Below are positions 27,671 to 37,059 of a stretch of 64,000 bases of DNA, piece after piece; positions within the stretch are counted from its first letter, which is position 1, and each line of letters starts with the position of its first letter. Made by a program: the position numbers and the translations under genes. The notes beneath the pieces are model-generated. The model worked only from the letters and a program-made list of their open reading frames with translations. It made no database searches and had not been told where the DNA came from. The DNA comes from Vulcanimicrobiales bacterium (GTDB taxonomy: Bacteria; Vulcanimicrobiota; Vulcanimicrobiia; Vulcanimicrobiales; Vulcanimicrobiaceae), in assembly GCA_038215615.1 (NCBI GenBank), contig JBBQQR010000004.1:32001-96000 (forward strand). Reading direction: 5' to 3'.

Positions 27671-29052
27671 GCCGTCAAATCCGTCTTGCGGCCGGCGTAC
27701 GTGCCGCCGCGCAGTTCGCCGCGTAGTTCGCCGAACGTTCCAAACGCTTCGGCGAACGCATCATGTTTGTGAATCGATTCGTAATTAACCTGGGAGGCAC
27801 TAATGAACGTCCCGTCGAGAAAATCTTCATACATTTCCAGCGCTCCCGCCAAAATGCCGCGCACGACATCTTCGACGAACTTCGGATTATGATGTGCCTT
27901 GTTCACCACGAAAAATTCGTCGGGCCGCTTGAGCAAATCGTACGTTTCGCTCGACATCGCGTTCTCCACGATCTCGACGAGATCTTCGACCGCAGGCATT
28001 TCTTGCGAAAGTGCGCCGATTAAAACGCTGCCGCGCCCGCGCTGGTTGTGCGTAGCGACCGGCAGCGCTTCGAGCGCGCGCCGCGCGTCGCTTTCGGAAA
28101 AGCCGGCTTCGCGCAGATCGCTAAAACTTTGCTCGCGGACCATGTCTTGCGCGCATGGGCACGCCGTCATGCCCTCAGCTTCGACTCCAATCGCGCGGCG
28201 AACACCCGCTGCATCGGCATGCGCGATGCCGGTCAGCGTATAGGTTTCCTCGCCGCGCTTTCCGCTGACCGGCGTCCACCGTTCGAGCGCAAAGTCGGCC
28301 CGCAAGCGCACGTCGGCGCGCACGGCGCGCTGCGTTCGCACGATCTCCCGCGCGATCGCTTCGACTAAACTTTCGATTCGGGCCGGCGCATCGGTCCGGG
28401 CGAGCACTTCCAGAGCCGCCTCTTCCAAAATTTCGTGAAACCGCGACATGTGCACGCCGGCTTTATCCGGCGCCAGGTCGGCGAGCATCGTAAACTCGCC
28501 GTTAAAGACTTGTTCGCGGCCCGCCACGTTCAACCGGACGATCCGGCGCACGCGGGAGACGCCGACGCGGTCGAGAGAGAGCCGCACGTCGGGAGTTGCT
28601 TCCTGCCGGTTCGCATCGAAGTGCAGCGAACGCGCGCGCCGGTGAATCCCGTTGGATTTTAGCGCGGCCACCAGGGGCGCGAATTGCGGCGCGATTTCCG
28701 CCAGCGGCACGACATTGTACGGACGCTGCGCGAGCGCGGGATGAACGTAGCCGTCGCCGGTAGAGAGCAGGTCGATGTCGATGGCCCGAGCGGCAAGTCG
28801 CCGTTTACCCGGCTGCCCGACCGCAACTTCGACGCCGCGCGCCAGTTCCTGAAAACCGTCGCGATCGAGTTGAGTCTCCAGTTCGGCGGCGACGTTCAGG
28901 AAAGGCGGGCCACCGGCGCCTTCCGCGGGGGCGCTTTCAAAAAATGACGAAACCGCCACCACGCGGCTTTTGCGCCGGAGCCGCTGCAGAGCTGCCAGAA
29001 TATTGGCCTGCCGGTCGCCGAGATTCGAGCCGATGCCGACGTGGACGCGCAC
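27643..29052 (-). CDS. FolK (HPPK) fused to a FolE2/MptA-family GTP cyclohydrolase
   Basis: N-terminal GIGSNLGDR, FLN, R.IDIDLL, HP..RP.V.PL; C-terminal GVHMSRF, MTACPCA, THNQRG, PKFVEDVVR, ESIH.HDA. Confidence 0.88.
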   Translation of the reverse strand: MRVHVGIGSNLGDRQANILAALQRLRRKSRVVAVSSFFESAPAEGAGGPPFLNVAAELETQLDRDGFQELARGVEVAVGQPGKRRLAARAIDIDLLSTGDGYVHPALAQRPYNVVPLAEIAPQFAPLVAALKSNGIHRRARSLHFDANRQEATPDVRLSLDRVGVSRVRRIVRLNVAGREQVFNGEFTMLADLAPDKAGVHMSRFHEILEEAALEVLARTDAPARIESLVEAIAREIVRTQRAVRADVRLRADFALERWTPVSGKRGEETYTLTGIAHADAAGVRRAIGVEAEGMTACPCAQDMVREQSFSDLREAGFSESDARRALEALPVATHNQRGRGSVLIGALSQEMPAVEDLVEIVENAMSSETYDLLKRPDEFFVVNKAHHNPKFVEDVVRGILAGALEMYEDFLDGTFISASQVNYESIHKHDAFAEAFGTFGELRGELRGGTYAGRKTDLTAWLSTRPSS

Positions 29053-29085
29053 GCAGTGGTACTTAGGGACGAGGAGAGTAATCGC

Positions 29086-29724
29086 ATGCACAACCGACGC
29101 AACGTTGCCCGGTCCGAGCGCTGGCTGTCGCTGGGGGCGGGGATTTTGCTGGGCGCCGCCGCGGCTCATCTTCTCTATCGCGCCGCGACCGGTTACTGCA
29201 CGATTTATGCCGCGCTCGGAATCGCGTCGATGCCCGACGGCGATGCGCATAATCCTAGCGCGAGCGTTCCTTACGGCACGGGCGTTCGCGTCGAGGAGTC
29301 GATCGCTATCGAGATGGCGGCGGCGGGACTCTACGCATTTTGGCGGCGTCTGGAGACGCTGCCGCAATTCATGCACCACTTGGACGACGTCACCGTGCTG
29401 ACGCCGACGCGATCGCGCTGGCGCGTGCACGGATCGGCCGGAAGGCTTCTCTCGTGGGAAGCCGAGATCATCAACGACGTGCCGGGCGAACTGATCGGGT
29501 GGCGTTCGCTGCCGGGTTCGGCTATCAATCATGCCGGATCGGTCCACTTCGATCAGCGTGGAAGCATCACCGACGTGCGCGTCGTTCTCGAATACGTACC
29601 GCTTGCACGTTTCGCCGGCGCATCGATTGCCAAACTCTTGGGTGAAGAACCGCAAAAGCAAATCGCCGAAGACTTGCGGCGCTTCAAGTCGATCGTCGAA
29701 CGCGGGGAAATCTGCGCGTCATAG
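29086..29724 (+). CDS. DUF2892 + SRPBCC (polyketide cyclase-like) protein
   Basis: NV..SERW.S...G...RAATGYC.IY..LG; LYAFWR.LE.LP.FM.HL, WEAEI, WRSLPG, EDLRRFK. Confidence 0.85.
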   Translation: MHNRRNVARSERWLSLGAGILLGAAAAHLLYRAATGYCTIYAALGIASMPDGDAHNPSASVPYGTGVRVEESIAIEMAAAGLYAFWRRLETLPQFMHHLDDVTVLTPTRSRWRVHGSAGRLLSWEAEIINDVPGELIGWRSLPGSAINHAGSVHFDQRGSITDVRVVLEYVPLARFAGASIAKLLGEEPQKQIAEDLRRFKSIVERGEICAS

Positions 29725-31355
29725 CCGGATCCGGCCCGGCGCTGCTCTTCGACTCACCGATTCACGTCTTGCGAGCCGCTTCGCCCGAAGAAGCCTGGAA
29801 CGCGCTCGACGCAGCAGATGCGGCGCTGGCAGCAGGCTATTGCATCGCCGGCTTTCTTTCCTACGAACTTGGCGTGAGCTGTCTGGGCGTTTACGATGCC
29901 CCAAAGACGTTCGACCTCGAGGCCGGATCCCCAGACTATCGCATGACGCCGCCGGTGCCGCGTATCGCGCGGCGCGGATACGACGAAGCGATCGACGCGA
30001 TCCGATCGGCCATTGCGGACGGCGAAGTGTACCAAGTGAACTATACACTTCCGTTTGATTTCGCGTTTTCGGGCGAACCGTTCGACCTATACCGCAGGCT
30101 CGCCAAACAAAGCGGAGCTCGCTACTGCGCTTATGTCGAAGACGGCGACCGTGCGCTGCTGTCGTTTTCGCCCGAGTTGTTTTTGCAGTTCGAAGGAAAC
30201 CGCGTCCTCACCAAACCGATGAAGGGCACGGCCTCTCCGGGTGCGGCCGCCGAGCTGGAGAACGCCAAAAACCGGGCAGAACATGTGATGATCGTCGATT
30301 TGCTGCGCAACGACTTGCACAAAGTCTGCAGCGATGTGACGGTCGACGAGCTCTTCTCGGTCGAAGCGTACCCCACGTTTGCGACGATGACGTCCACGAT
30401 TTCGGGAACGCTTGCGCCCGGCACGCGGCTAAGCGAGATTTTTCGCGCGACTTTTCCTTGCGGAAGCGTTACCGGCGCTCCCAAACGCGCGGCGATGACC
30501 CACATTGCGCGTTTCGAGTCGCAAACTCGCGAAGTGTACACGGGAAGCATCGGTTATCTGATACCGGAGCGGCGCGGCTGGTGGAACGTCGCCATTCGCA
30601 CGCTGCAGATCGATCGCACGCAATGCGCGGGGCGATTGGATGCCGGCGGCGGAATCGTCAGCGATTCACAGGCCGAGGAAGAATGGCGCGAAGTGTTGCT
30701 TAAGACCGCTTTCCTCAAACCTGCTCTCGGCGTTTTTGCCTGCCTCGAAACACTGCGCTGCGGACCGGAGCCCAGTGACGTACGCGCGCACGTCGAACGG
30801 TTGCGCGCGACCGCAGAACATTTCGGTATCGCTTTCGACGATACAGAATTACGATGCACCTTGGAAAAGCTCAACGTGCGCGAGGTGCCCGCGCTCGTTC
30901 GAATCCGTCTGGGGTTTGATGGAAAGGCATCGGTTGCGCCCGAGCCGCTTGCGGACCACTCGGGGCGCATCACGATCCGCGTTTCGGACGAACGCGTCTT
31001 TTCGGGCGACGCTCTGTTGAAATACAAGACGTCCTGGCGCCCCGCGCACGATGCCGCCGCAGAATTCGCCCGGCGAGCGGGATGTTTCGACGCCTTGTTG
31101 CGAAACGAACGCAACGAATTGACCGAGGGATCGCGCACCAACCTTTTCGTCCGGATTGACGGAACGCTGTACACGCCACCGCTGAGCGGCGGCGTTCTGC
31201 CCGGCATCTTGCGCAACGCTATGGTTTTGCGTGGCGAAGCCGTCGAACGCGTGCTGTATGAAAACGACCTGCGTTCCGCAGAAGCCGTTTTCGTTGGAAA
31301 CTCGGCGCGTGGGCTGCTGAAAGCTCAGCTTGCAAGCGAACGCAACCGTGTCTGA
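29721..31355 (+). CDS. pabB: Aminodeoxychorismate synthase component I / lyase fusion (PabB-PabC)
   Basis: GFLSYE, GEVYQVNYT, SFSPELF, KPMKGT, MIVDLLRNDL, FPCGSVTGAPK, GGGIV.DS; PabC YKT, EGSRTNLF, LPGILR; start at ATA 29721 or TTG 29769. Confidence 0.9.
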   Translation: MAGSGPALLFDSPIHVLRAASPEEAWNALDAADAALAAGYCIAGFLSYELGVSCLGVYDAPKTFDLEAGSPDYRMTPPVPRIARRGYDEAIDAIRSAIADGEVYQVNYTLPFDFAFSGEPFDLYRRLAKQSGARYCAYVEDGDRALLSFSPELFLQFEGNRVLTKPMKGTASPGAAAELENAKNRAEHVMIVDLLRNDLHKVCSDVTVDELFSVEAYPTFATMTSTISGTLAPGTRLSEIFRATFPCGSVTGAPKRAAMTHIARFESQTREVYTGSIGYLIPERRGWWNVAIRTLQIDRTQCAGRLDAGGGIVSDSQAEEEWREVLLKTAFLKPALGVFACLETLRCGPEPSDVRAHVERLRATAEHFGIAFDDTELRCTLEKLNVREVPALVRIRLGFDGKASVAPEPLADHSGRITIRVSDERVFSGDALLKYKTSWRPAHDAAAEFARRAGCFDALLRNERNELTEGSRTNLFVRIDGTLYTPPLSGGVLPGILRNAMVLRGEAVERVLYENDLRSAEAVFVGNSARGLLKAQLASERNRV

Positions 31356-32412
31356 CGGCTCCCTGTATCCCTACGTTCTCCGGCCCAAACTCGCTCCGGC
31401 GATTTGGGGCGGCAGCGATTTGGTCAAAGAGTTCGGCAAAGACGGCGCCGCCGGAGTAAAGATCGGCGAAAGCTGGGAGTGCTGGGACGAAAACACCGTA
31501 ACGAACGGGCCGCTCGCGGGGCAAACCGTCGCGCAATTACGCGCATCGCTGGGCGCCAAACTGATGGCATCGATCGATCCGAACCGCATTTTTCCCATCC
31601 TCACGAAAATTATCGACGCCTGCGACTCACTCTCGGTGCAGGTGCATCCCGACGATGCGTACGCACAGCGAGTGGAGCATCAGCCCAACGGCAAGACCGA
31701 ATGCTGGTACGTCCTGCAGGCCAAACCGGGCGCGGAACTCGTGATGGGCTGGACGCGCGACACGACGCGTGAAGAGTACGAGCGGCGGGTTGCCGACGGA
31801 TCGCTCGGAGAGATTTTGCGCCGCGTGCCGATCGAGGCGGGCGACGCGTTTTACATCCCCGCCGGCACGCTGCACGCCATTGGCGCGGGCATCGTGATCT
31901 TCGAAACGCAGCAGGCCAGCGATCTCACCTATCGCATCTTCGATTGGAACCGCATAGGACCCGACGGCAAGCCGCGCGAGCTGCACGTGCAAAAAGCCGG
32001 CGACGTTCTCAACTACAAAGCCGGAACCTCGAATGCGCTTTCCGAGCTTGCTTACGCGTACGAAGGTTTTCAGCGAACGGCGCTGATCGCGGATTCGCAC
32101 TTCGTCGTGGAACGCGTCACCGCAACCGAAACGCCGGCTTCAATGGGAACGCACGACCGTCCGCTTATCGTGATGACGCTCGCAGACGAACTCGAGCTCG
32201 CCTGTGCTGACGGAAACACGCATTTGCACCGCTACCAAACCGCGCTCATTCCGGCCGCCGCGCAAACGGTGCGCATCTCCGGCAACGGACCCGCATCGCC
32301 GTTCCTGCTGGTGACGCCGCCCGCGTCGGCGGAAACCATGAAGCAGCGCCTCCATGACGCAGGCGTCGCGCAACCCGTCATCGAGCAGTTTCTCGCGCAG
32401 TTCGCGGGCTAG
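31348..32412 (+). CDS. manA: Class I mannose-6-phosphate isomerase
   Basis: IWGG, GESW, FPIL.KIIDA...LSVQVHPDD, GKTECWY, PAGTLHAIG, E.QQ.SDLTYR.FDW.R. Confidence 0.92.
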   Translation: MSDGSLYPYVLRPKLAPAIWGGSDLVKEFGKDGAAGVKIGESWECWDENTVTNGPLAGQTVAQLRASLGAKLMASIDPNRIFPILTKIIDACDSLSVQVHPDDAYAQRVEHQPNGKTECWYVLQAKPGAELVMGWTRDTTREEYERRVADGSLGEILRRVPIEAGDAFYIPAGTLHAIGAGIVIFETQQASDLTYRIFDWNRIGPDGKPRELHVQKAGDVLNYKAGTSNALSELAYAYEGFQRTALIADSHFVVERVTATETPASMGTHDRPLIVMTLADELELACADGNTHLHRYQTALIPAAAQTVRISGNGPASPFLLVTPPASAETMKQRLHDAGVAQPVIEQFLAQFAG

Positions 32413-32978
32413 CTGAAAGAGCGGATTCGCGAGCGCAGTTCTTCTCCCGTATCGAGCGCATCTTGCGGCACGAGCGGGCGCCGGTCCGGCTGCAGGCGCG
32501 CAATATCCCACCGCTGTTCGGGCTGCGTTCCAAAATAGCCGTCGAGCAGCGCGGCCTCCGCATGCGTCATGATGTGCTCCGCGTCAACCGGAACGCGATA
32601 ACGGGCAGCGAGTTTCGCCGCGACTACACAGAATGCGTCGATGAGTCCCGCGGTGAGCGGATACGGGCCGAAGTCATTGGGTTTCGAGCCTTGCATGCCC
32701 ATGACGGAGATTCCCAGCGCGAATGAATTTCGCTTGCGCGTATGCGCGGCGTACGGTTCGTCGGGCGCATCGTAAACGCAGCGCATGTTTTCGCGAACGT
32801 CGTGAGTGTTGACGACGACGATTTCGCCGTCATCGTCCAATGCAACGCAAAAATGGTAGGCCGGAAAAACCGACCGGTAGTCGTGCGCGGACCAATGGAT
32901 GTAGATATTGTCTATGCGGCCTTCGGGCAGATCGGGCGCCCACTGGGTCAGCTTCCACGACGGATACTCCATCATCAT
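32409..32978 (-). CDS. N-acetylmuramoyl-L-alanine amidase (Amidase_2-like)
   Basis: IYIHWSA, YHF, AHT..RNS..LGIS, IMTHAEAA Zn-amidase pattern. Confidence 0.72.
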   Translation of the reverse strand: MMMEYPSWKLTQWAPDLPEGRIDNIYIHWSAHDYRSVFPAYHFCVALDDDGEIVVVNTHDVRENMRCVYDAPDEPYAAHTRKRNSFALGISVMGMQGSKPNDFGPYPLTAGLIDAFCVVAAKLAARYRVPVDAEHIMTHAEAALLDGYFGTQPEQRWDIARLQPDRRPLVPQDALDTGEELRSRIRSFS

Positions 32979-33032
32979 ATCTTCGCCGCACGGCATGACA
33001 ACCCGCGCCTTGGAGCCAAAGCAACGCGAGCA

Positions 33033-34334
33033 ATGATCGGCAACTCTGCGCCCGTCCGCTGGCGCGGCGGCCTTGCTCCGGGACACGAGCGGCGCGGCGG
33101 CGAGCTCTTCGCTGGCGGCGTTTGCGCCGACGAACTCGCCACGGCGTACGGCACGCCGCTGCTCGCGATCGATTACGACGTCTTCGATGCGGCGATCGCA
33201 CATTTCTTGCAAGCATGCGCGCCTCACTCAGTCGAAATAGCTTACGCCGGCAAAGCCCTGCTGCTTGCCGCGCTCGCGCGCCATTTGAAACACACGTCGC
33301 TACACCTGGACGTCTGCTCGCTGGGGGAACTCGCCACCGCCGAACGGGCAGCTTTCCCGCCCGACCGGATCGCTTTTCACGGTTGCGGAAAAACCACCGA
33401 GGAACTCGACGCAGCCGCCGAGGGACGCGTGGCTCGTGTCATCGTCGACAACCTCGAAGAGCTGCGCCGCCTCGCAAGCCGTTCCGGCGGCGCGAAGGTT
33501 CCCGTTCTGCTGCGAATCAACTCCGGCATCGAAGCGCACACCCACGAATTCGTGCGCACCGGCGGAGCACGCACGAAGTTCGGCTTCGACGCCGCCGCTC
33601 TGCCGGCCGCGCTCGCGACCCTCAAGAAATCGCCGGGCTTACACTTCGAGGGACTGCACTCGCATATCGGCTCGCAGATTTACGACGCGCACGCGTTCGC
33701 CGAAAATACGCATGCACTCATGGAGCGGGCCGCTTTCGCCGCGGCCGCCGGCTTTGTGACCGAGCGCATCGTTGTAGGCGGCGGCTTCGGCGTTTCGATG
33801 CGACCCAACGAGCCCGCCACCTTCGATGCAGACAAAACAATCACGGAGATCGCCAACGCGGCGAAAAAAGACGCCCGTCGCTGGAATCTTCCGCTTCCGC
33901 GGATAGGCATCGAGCCCGGGCGGGCGCTCATCGCGCACGCCGGCACGACGCTCTATCGCGTGATGTCGGCCAAACGCGAATCCGGCAAACCGTTTGTCAT
34001 CGTCGATGGCGGCATCTATGAAAATCCCCGCCCCGCACTCTACGGCGCGTACCACCATGCGTACGCCGCGCGCGAAAATGGGCCGCTGCAGGAAACCACT
34101 CTCTGCGGCCGGTCTTGCGAAAATGACGAACTCGGCACCGCCGGGTTGCCTTCGAACGTCGCCGAAGGCGATCTGATCGCAATGTGCACGACCGGGGCAT
34201 ACACCTACAGCATGGCGGGAAATTACAATCGCTTCGCGCGCCCGGCGGTCGTCGCCGTACGCGGCGGCACGCACACCCTCATCGCCAAGCGTGAAAGCAT
34301 CGACGACATCCTACGGAACGACTGTGATGAATAG
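33033..34334 (+). CDS. lysA: Diaminopimelate decarboxylase
   Basis: YGTPL, YAGKA (PLP Lys), S.GEL, HSHIGSQI, GGGFG, IEPGR, CEND, GAY.YSMA.NYNR. Confidence 0.93.
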   Translation: MIGNSAPVRWRGGLAPGHERRGGELFAGGVCADELATAYGTPLLAIDYDVFDAAIAHFLQACAPHSVEIAYAGKALLLAALARHLKHTSLHLDVCSLGELATAERAAFPPDRIAFHGCGKTTEELDAAAEGRVARVIVDNLEELRRLASRSGGAKVPVLLRINSGIEAHTHEFVRTGGARTKFGFDAAALPAALATLKKSPGLHFEGLHSHIGSQIYDAHAFAENTHALMERAAFAAAAGFVTERIVVGGGFGVSMRPNEPATFDADKTITEIANAAKKDARRWNLPLPRIGIEPGRALIAHAGTTLYRVMSAKRESGKPFVIVDGGIYENPRPALYGAYHHAYAARENGPLQETTLCGRSCENDELGTAGLPSNVAEGDLIAMCTTGAYTYSMAGNYNRFARPAVVAVRGGTHTLIAKRESIDDILRNDCDE

Positions 34335-34338
34335 CAAG

Positions 34339-34412
34339 CCCTTCGACTGGCGCGCTCTCGCGCGCCGCTCAGGATGACAATGGCACGCTCGCGCGCGCCG
34401 ACCAGGATGACA
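34339..34412. repeat. Two tandem palindromic elements of the lhr/MPE repeat family at the dacB start
   Basis: cccttcgac-tggcgcgctctcgcgcgcc-gctcaggatgaca, then a degenerate copy ending caggatgaca. Confidence 0.75.
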
Positions 34413-35900
34413 ACGTTATTTTTTGCGGTTCTGCTGTTGACGCCATTTGCCGCAACAGCGGCGGACATGTCGTCCGTCGCAACGTTGGCAAAGCCGGCTC
34501 CGGGCGGCGCGCCGTGGAGTGCCGCGCAGATTGCTGCGCTGCATCGCACGATCGAAAAACTGCTGGCGGGACCGACGCTGCGCGGCGCTCAGGTGGGGCT
34601 GATCGCGATTGACACGGTTCGCCGAAACACGCTTTATTCGCAAAACGCCGATCAAGAGTTCATGCCGGCTTCGAACTTTAAATTGCTGGTCGGCTCCGCC
34701 GCGCTGAATATCCTGGGCACGGGATTCGCTTACACCACCTCGATCGCAGCGGACGGGCCGCCGAAAAACGGCGCGATTACCGGCAACGTCTACCTGCGGG
34801 GCGGCGGCGACGCGCTCCTGAGCGCACAAGATCTCGACAACGCCGCGGCCGCTATTGCCGCGCAAAGCGTAAAAAGCATCTCGGGCAGCATCGTGACGGA
34901 CGCCACCCATTTCGATTCGGTACGGTACGGCTACGGCTGGTCTTGGGACGACCTGCCTTTTTACTACGCGCCCGTGGTTACTGCGCTGGAGCTTGAGGAC
35001 GGCATCGTTCACATGTATTTTTCTCCGGGCACCGCACCGGGCGCACCGGCGCAGATAACGATTCGGCCTTTAACGGACGCGTTTACGCTCGATAACCGGC
35101 TCGTGACCGGGCCACCCAAATCCAAGGATACCTCCGAACTCGTGCGCCCCTGGGATCAACCAACAACGATTCGCATCACCGGCAGCTATCCGGCCGATGC
35201 AAAAATTTCAGGCGACGTGCGCCCGGCGGTCCCCGATCCCCAGGGTTATGCGGGCGATGTTTTCGCCAAAGCGTTGGGCGCGCACGGCATCACCGTCACC
35301 GGCCCAATGCAAAGCGGAAAAACGCCCGCGGGCGCCACGCTGCTCTGGAGCAAACATTCCGAAGCCATGCCGCAACTGCTCGCCGACTTCTGGTATCCGA
35401 GCGATAATTTGATGGGAGAAATGTTTCTGAAAGAACTCGGCTACCGTTTAAAAGGCGCGCCGGGAACGTTTGAAATCGGAATCGCGATGGAGAATCAGTA
35501 TCTGAAGGCGGCGGGCATCGATCCTTCGACGGTGACGATCTCCGACGGTTCGGGGCTCTCGCAATATGACCGCATCACGCCGCACGATCTGCTGCTGATC
35601 TTGCAAAACGATTGGAGTTCGCCCAACCGCGACGTAGTTCTCAACGCTTTACCGGTCGCGGGCGTCCGCGGATCGCTCAAGAGCTCGTATAAAGGAACGG
35701 CCGCGGAAAACACTGTCTTCGCGAAGACCGGCAGCATCAGCCACGTGCGCACGATTTCGGGGTACGTCAGAACGAAGACGCACGGCCCCGTGACGTTCTC
35801 ATTCATGATCAATCAATGGATGGGCGAGGATCGGCCGCACGGCGCAGCCGACTTAGCGACGCTTCGCGGCGCCATTCTCGCGGCGATCGCGTCGCAGTAG
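34407..35900 (+). CDS. dacB: D-alanyl-D-alanine carboxypeptidase/endopeptidase (PBP4, peptidase S13)
   Basis: PASNFKL, GWSWDD, SDN, DGSGLS, KTG; signal peptide; start at 34407 or 34374. Confidence 0.92.
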   Translation: MTTLFFAVLLLTPFAATAADMSSVATLAKPAPGGAPWSAAQIAALHRTIEKLLAGPTLRGAQVGLIAIDTVRRNTLYSQNADQEFMPASNFKLLVGSAALNILGTGFAYTTSIAADGPPKNGAITGNVYLRGGGDALLSAQDLDNAAAAIAAQSVKSISGSIVTDATHFDSVRYGYGWSWDDLPFYYAPVVTALELEDGIVHMYFSPGTAPGAPAQITIRPLTDAFTLDNRLVTGPPKSKDTSELVRPWDQPTTIRITGSYPADAKISGDVRPAVPDPQGYAGDVFAKALGAHGITVTGPMQSGKTPAGATLLWSKHSEAMPQLLADFWYPSDNLMGEMFLKELGYRLKGAPGTFEIGIAMENQYLKAAGIDPSTVTISDGSGLSQYDRITPHDLLLILQNDWSSPNRDVVLNALPVAGVRGSLKSSYKGTAAENTVFAKTGSISHVRTISGYVRTKTHGPVTFSFMINQWMGEDRPHGAADLATLRGAILAAIASQ

Positions 35901-35903
35901 GCA

Positions 35904-36920
35904 ATGCTCGGCGCCCGTTTCGAAAGCGAGATCCGCGAGCAGCCCGACGTGTGGCGCGCGATTGCGTTATCGGATAAAGCCGAAACGCTCGCGCACGCTA
36001 TCCGCGAACGCGACGTGGTGCTGCTCGGCAGCGGAAGCTCGCTCTTTATGGCGCAGCTGGGCGCTCTGGCGCTGCGGCGGCGCGGCATCCGCGCGCACGC
36101 GCTGGCTGCCACCGAAGCGCCGCTCGACAATGTCGCGTACAGAAATGCCGCGATCATTGCGTGCTCGCAGAGCGGCCGGTCGGGCGACTTGCTCGAGGCG
36201 CTCGACGTGCTGCAGCCCAAGGATCTGATCGCGATCACCAACACGCCCGATTCCGAACTCGGACGACGCGCTAATCTCACCATCGATCTGGCCGCCGGGC
36301 CCGAGATCGCCGTTCCGGCCAGCAAGAGCGTCAGCGCCACGGCCGCGATCCTACTGTGGGCCGCGGGTTTGATGGCGGGCACGCATTTGCGCAGCGCCGG
36401 CAGCCTGACCGAAACAGCCGAGGACGTGCGCAGCTGGCTCGACGGAGCCGGCGTCGAGACCGTGCACGAAGCGGCGCAGCGCATAGCCCGGCGGCGCAGC
36501 ATCGTCATCGTCGCTGCGGGCTACGGCATTCCCATTGCCAACGAATTCGCGCTCAAGTTGAAGGAAGCCAGCTATATTCACGCCGAGGGATTTTCGGCCG
36601 GTGAGTTCCGTCACGGAAGCGCGGCGATGCTCGACGCAACCTGCGCGATCATCGGAATAGTTGACGACGTTGCGCGCAACATCGTCAACGGCCCGATGCT
36701 GGAGGCGGCGCACGCCGAGAGCCTGCGTTACGTCATCGGCGGCCACATCGGCGATATTCCACTGCTCGGTCCCGTGGTGGGGAGTGCCTTTAATACGCTG
36801 GCTTGGCTGGTCGCCGCGCAGATGGTGGCGCTCCACGTCGGCCGCGCGCGCTACGTGGAAAGCGACGCGCCGCGGGGGCTAGCCAAGACGTTGGAGGCCG
36901 GCTCCCCGCGCAGGACTTAA
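35904..36920 (+). CDS. Double-SIS protein (GlmS isomerase-like, probable glucosamine-6-P deaminase)
   Basis: EIREQP, GSGSS, SQSG.S, TN...S, AGPE.AVPASK, E.ALKLKE...HAEG...EFRHG, PRGLAK; no glutaminase domain. Confidence 0.85.
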   Translation: MLGARFESEIREQPDVWRAIALSDKAETLAHAIRERDVVLLGSGSSLFMAQLGALALRRRGIRAHALAATEAPLDNVAYRNAAIIACSQSGRSGDLLEALDVLQPKDLIAITNTPDSELGRRANLTIDLAAGPEIAVPASKSVSATAAILLWAAGLMAGTHLRSAGSLTETAEDVRSWLDGAGVETVHEAAQRIARRRSIVIVAAGYGIPIANEFALKLKEASYIHAEGFSAGEFRHGSAAMLDATCAIIGIVDDVARNIVNGPMLEAAHAESLRYVIGGHIGDIPLLGPVVGSAFNTLAWLVAAQMVALHVGRARYVESDAPRGLAKTLEAGSPRRT

Positions 36921-37059
36921 GGCATACGAGCAGACAATAGTCCAGTCAGCGAACGCGCGTGGGACCACGCCGGTCGCTTTTCTTTTGTTATCGCCGGCGG
37001 AGAAGTCACGGGATGCGTACGAAGCAACGCGACGGTGCCGCCGGCAAGGAGAGCGGCGC

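Noticed and set aside
27643..29661. 672-aa version of the folK fusion with a 200-aa extra N-terminus
   Set aside because: The extension is antisense to the SRPBCC gene; FolK homology starts at GTG 29052
36921..37059. Riboswitch upstream of the TonB receptor
   Set aside because: No cobalamin, TPP or glmS consensus recognisable by eye
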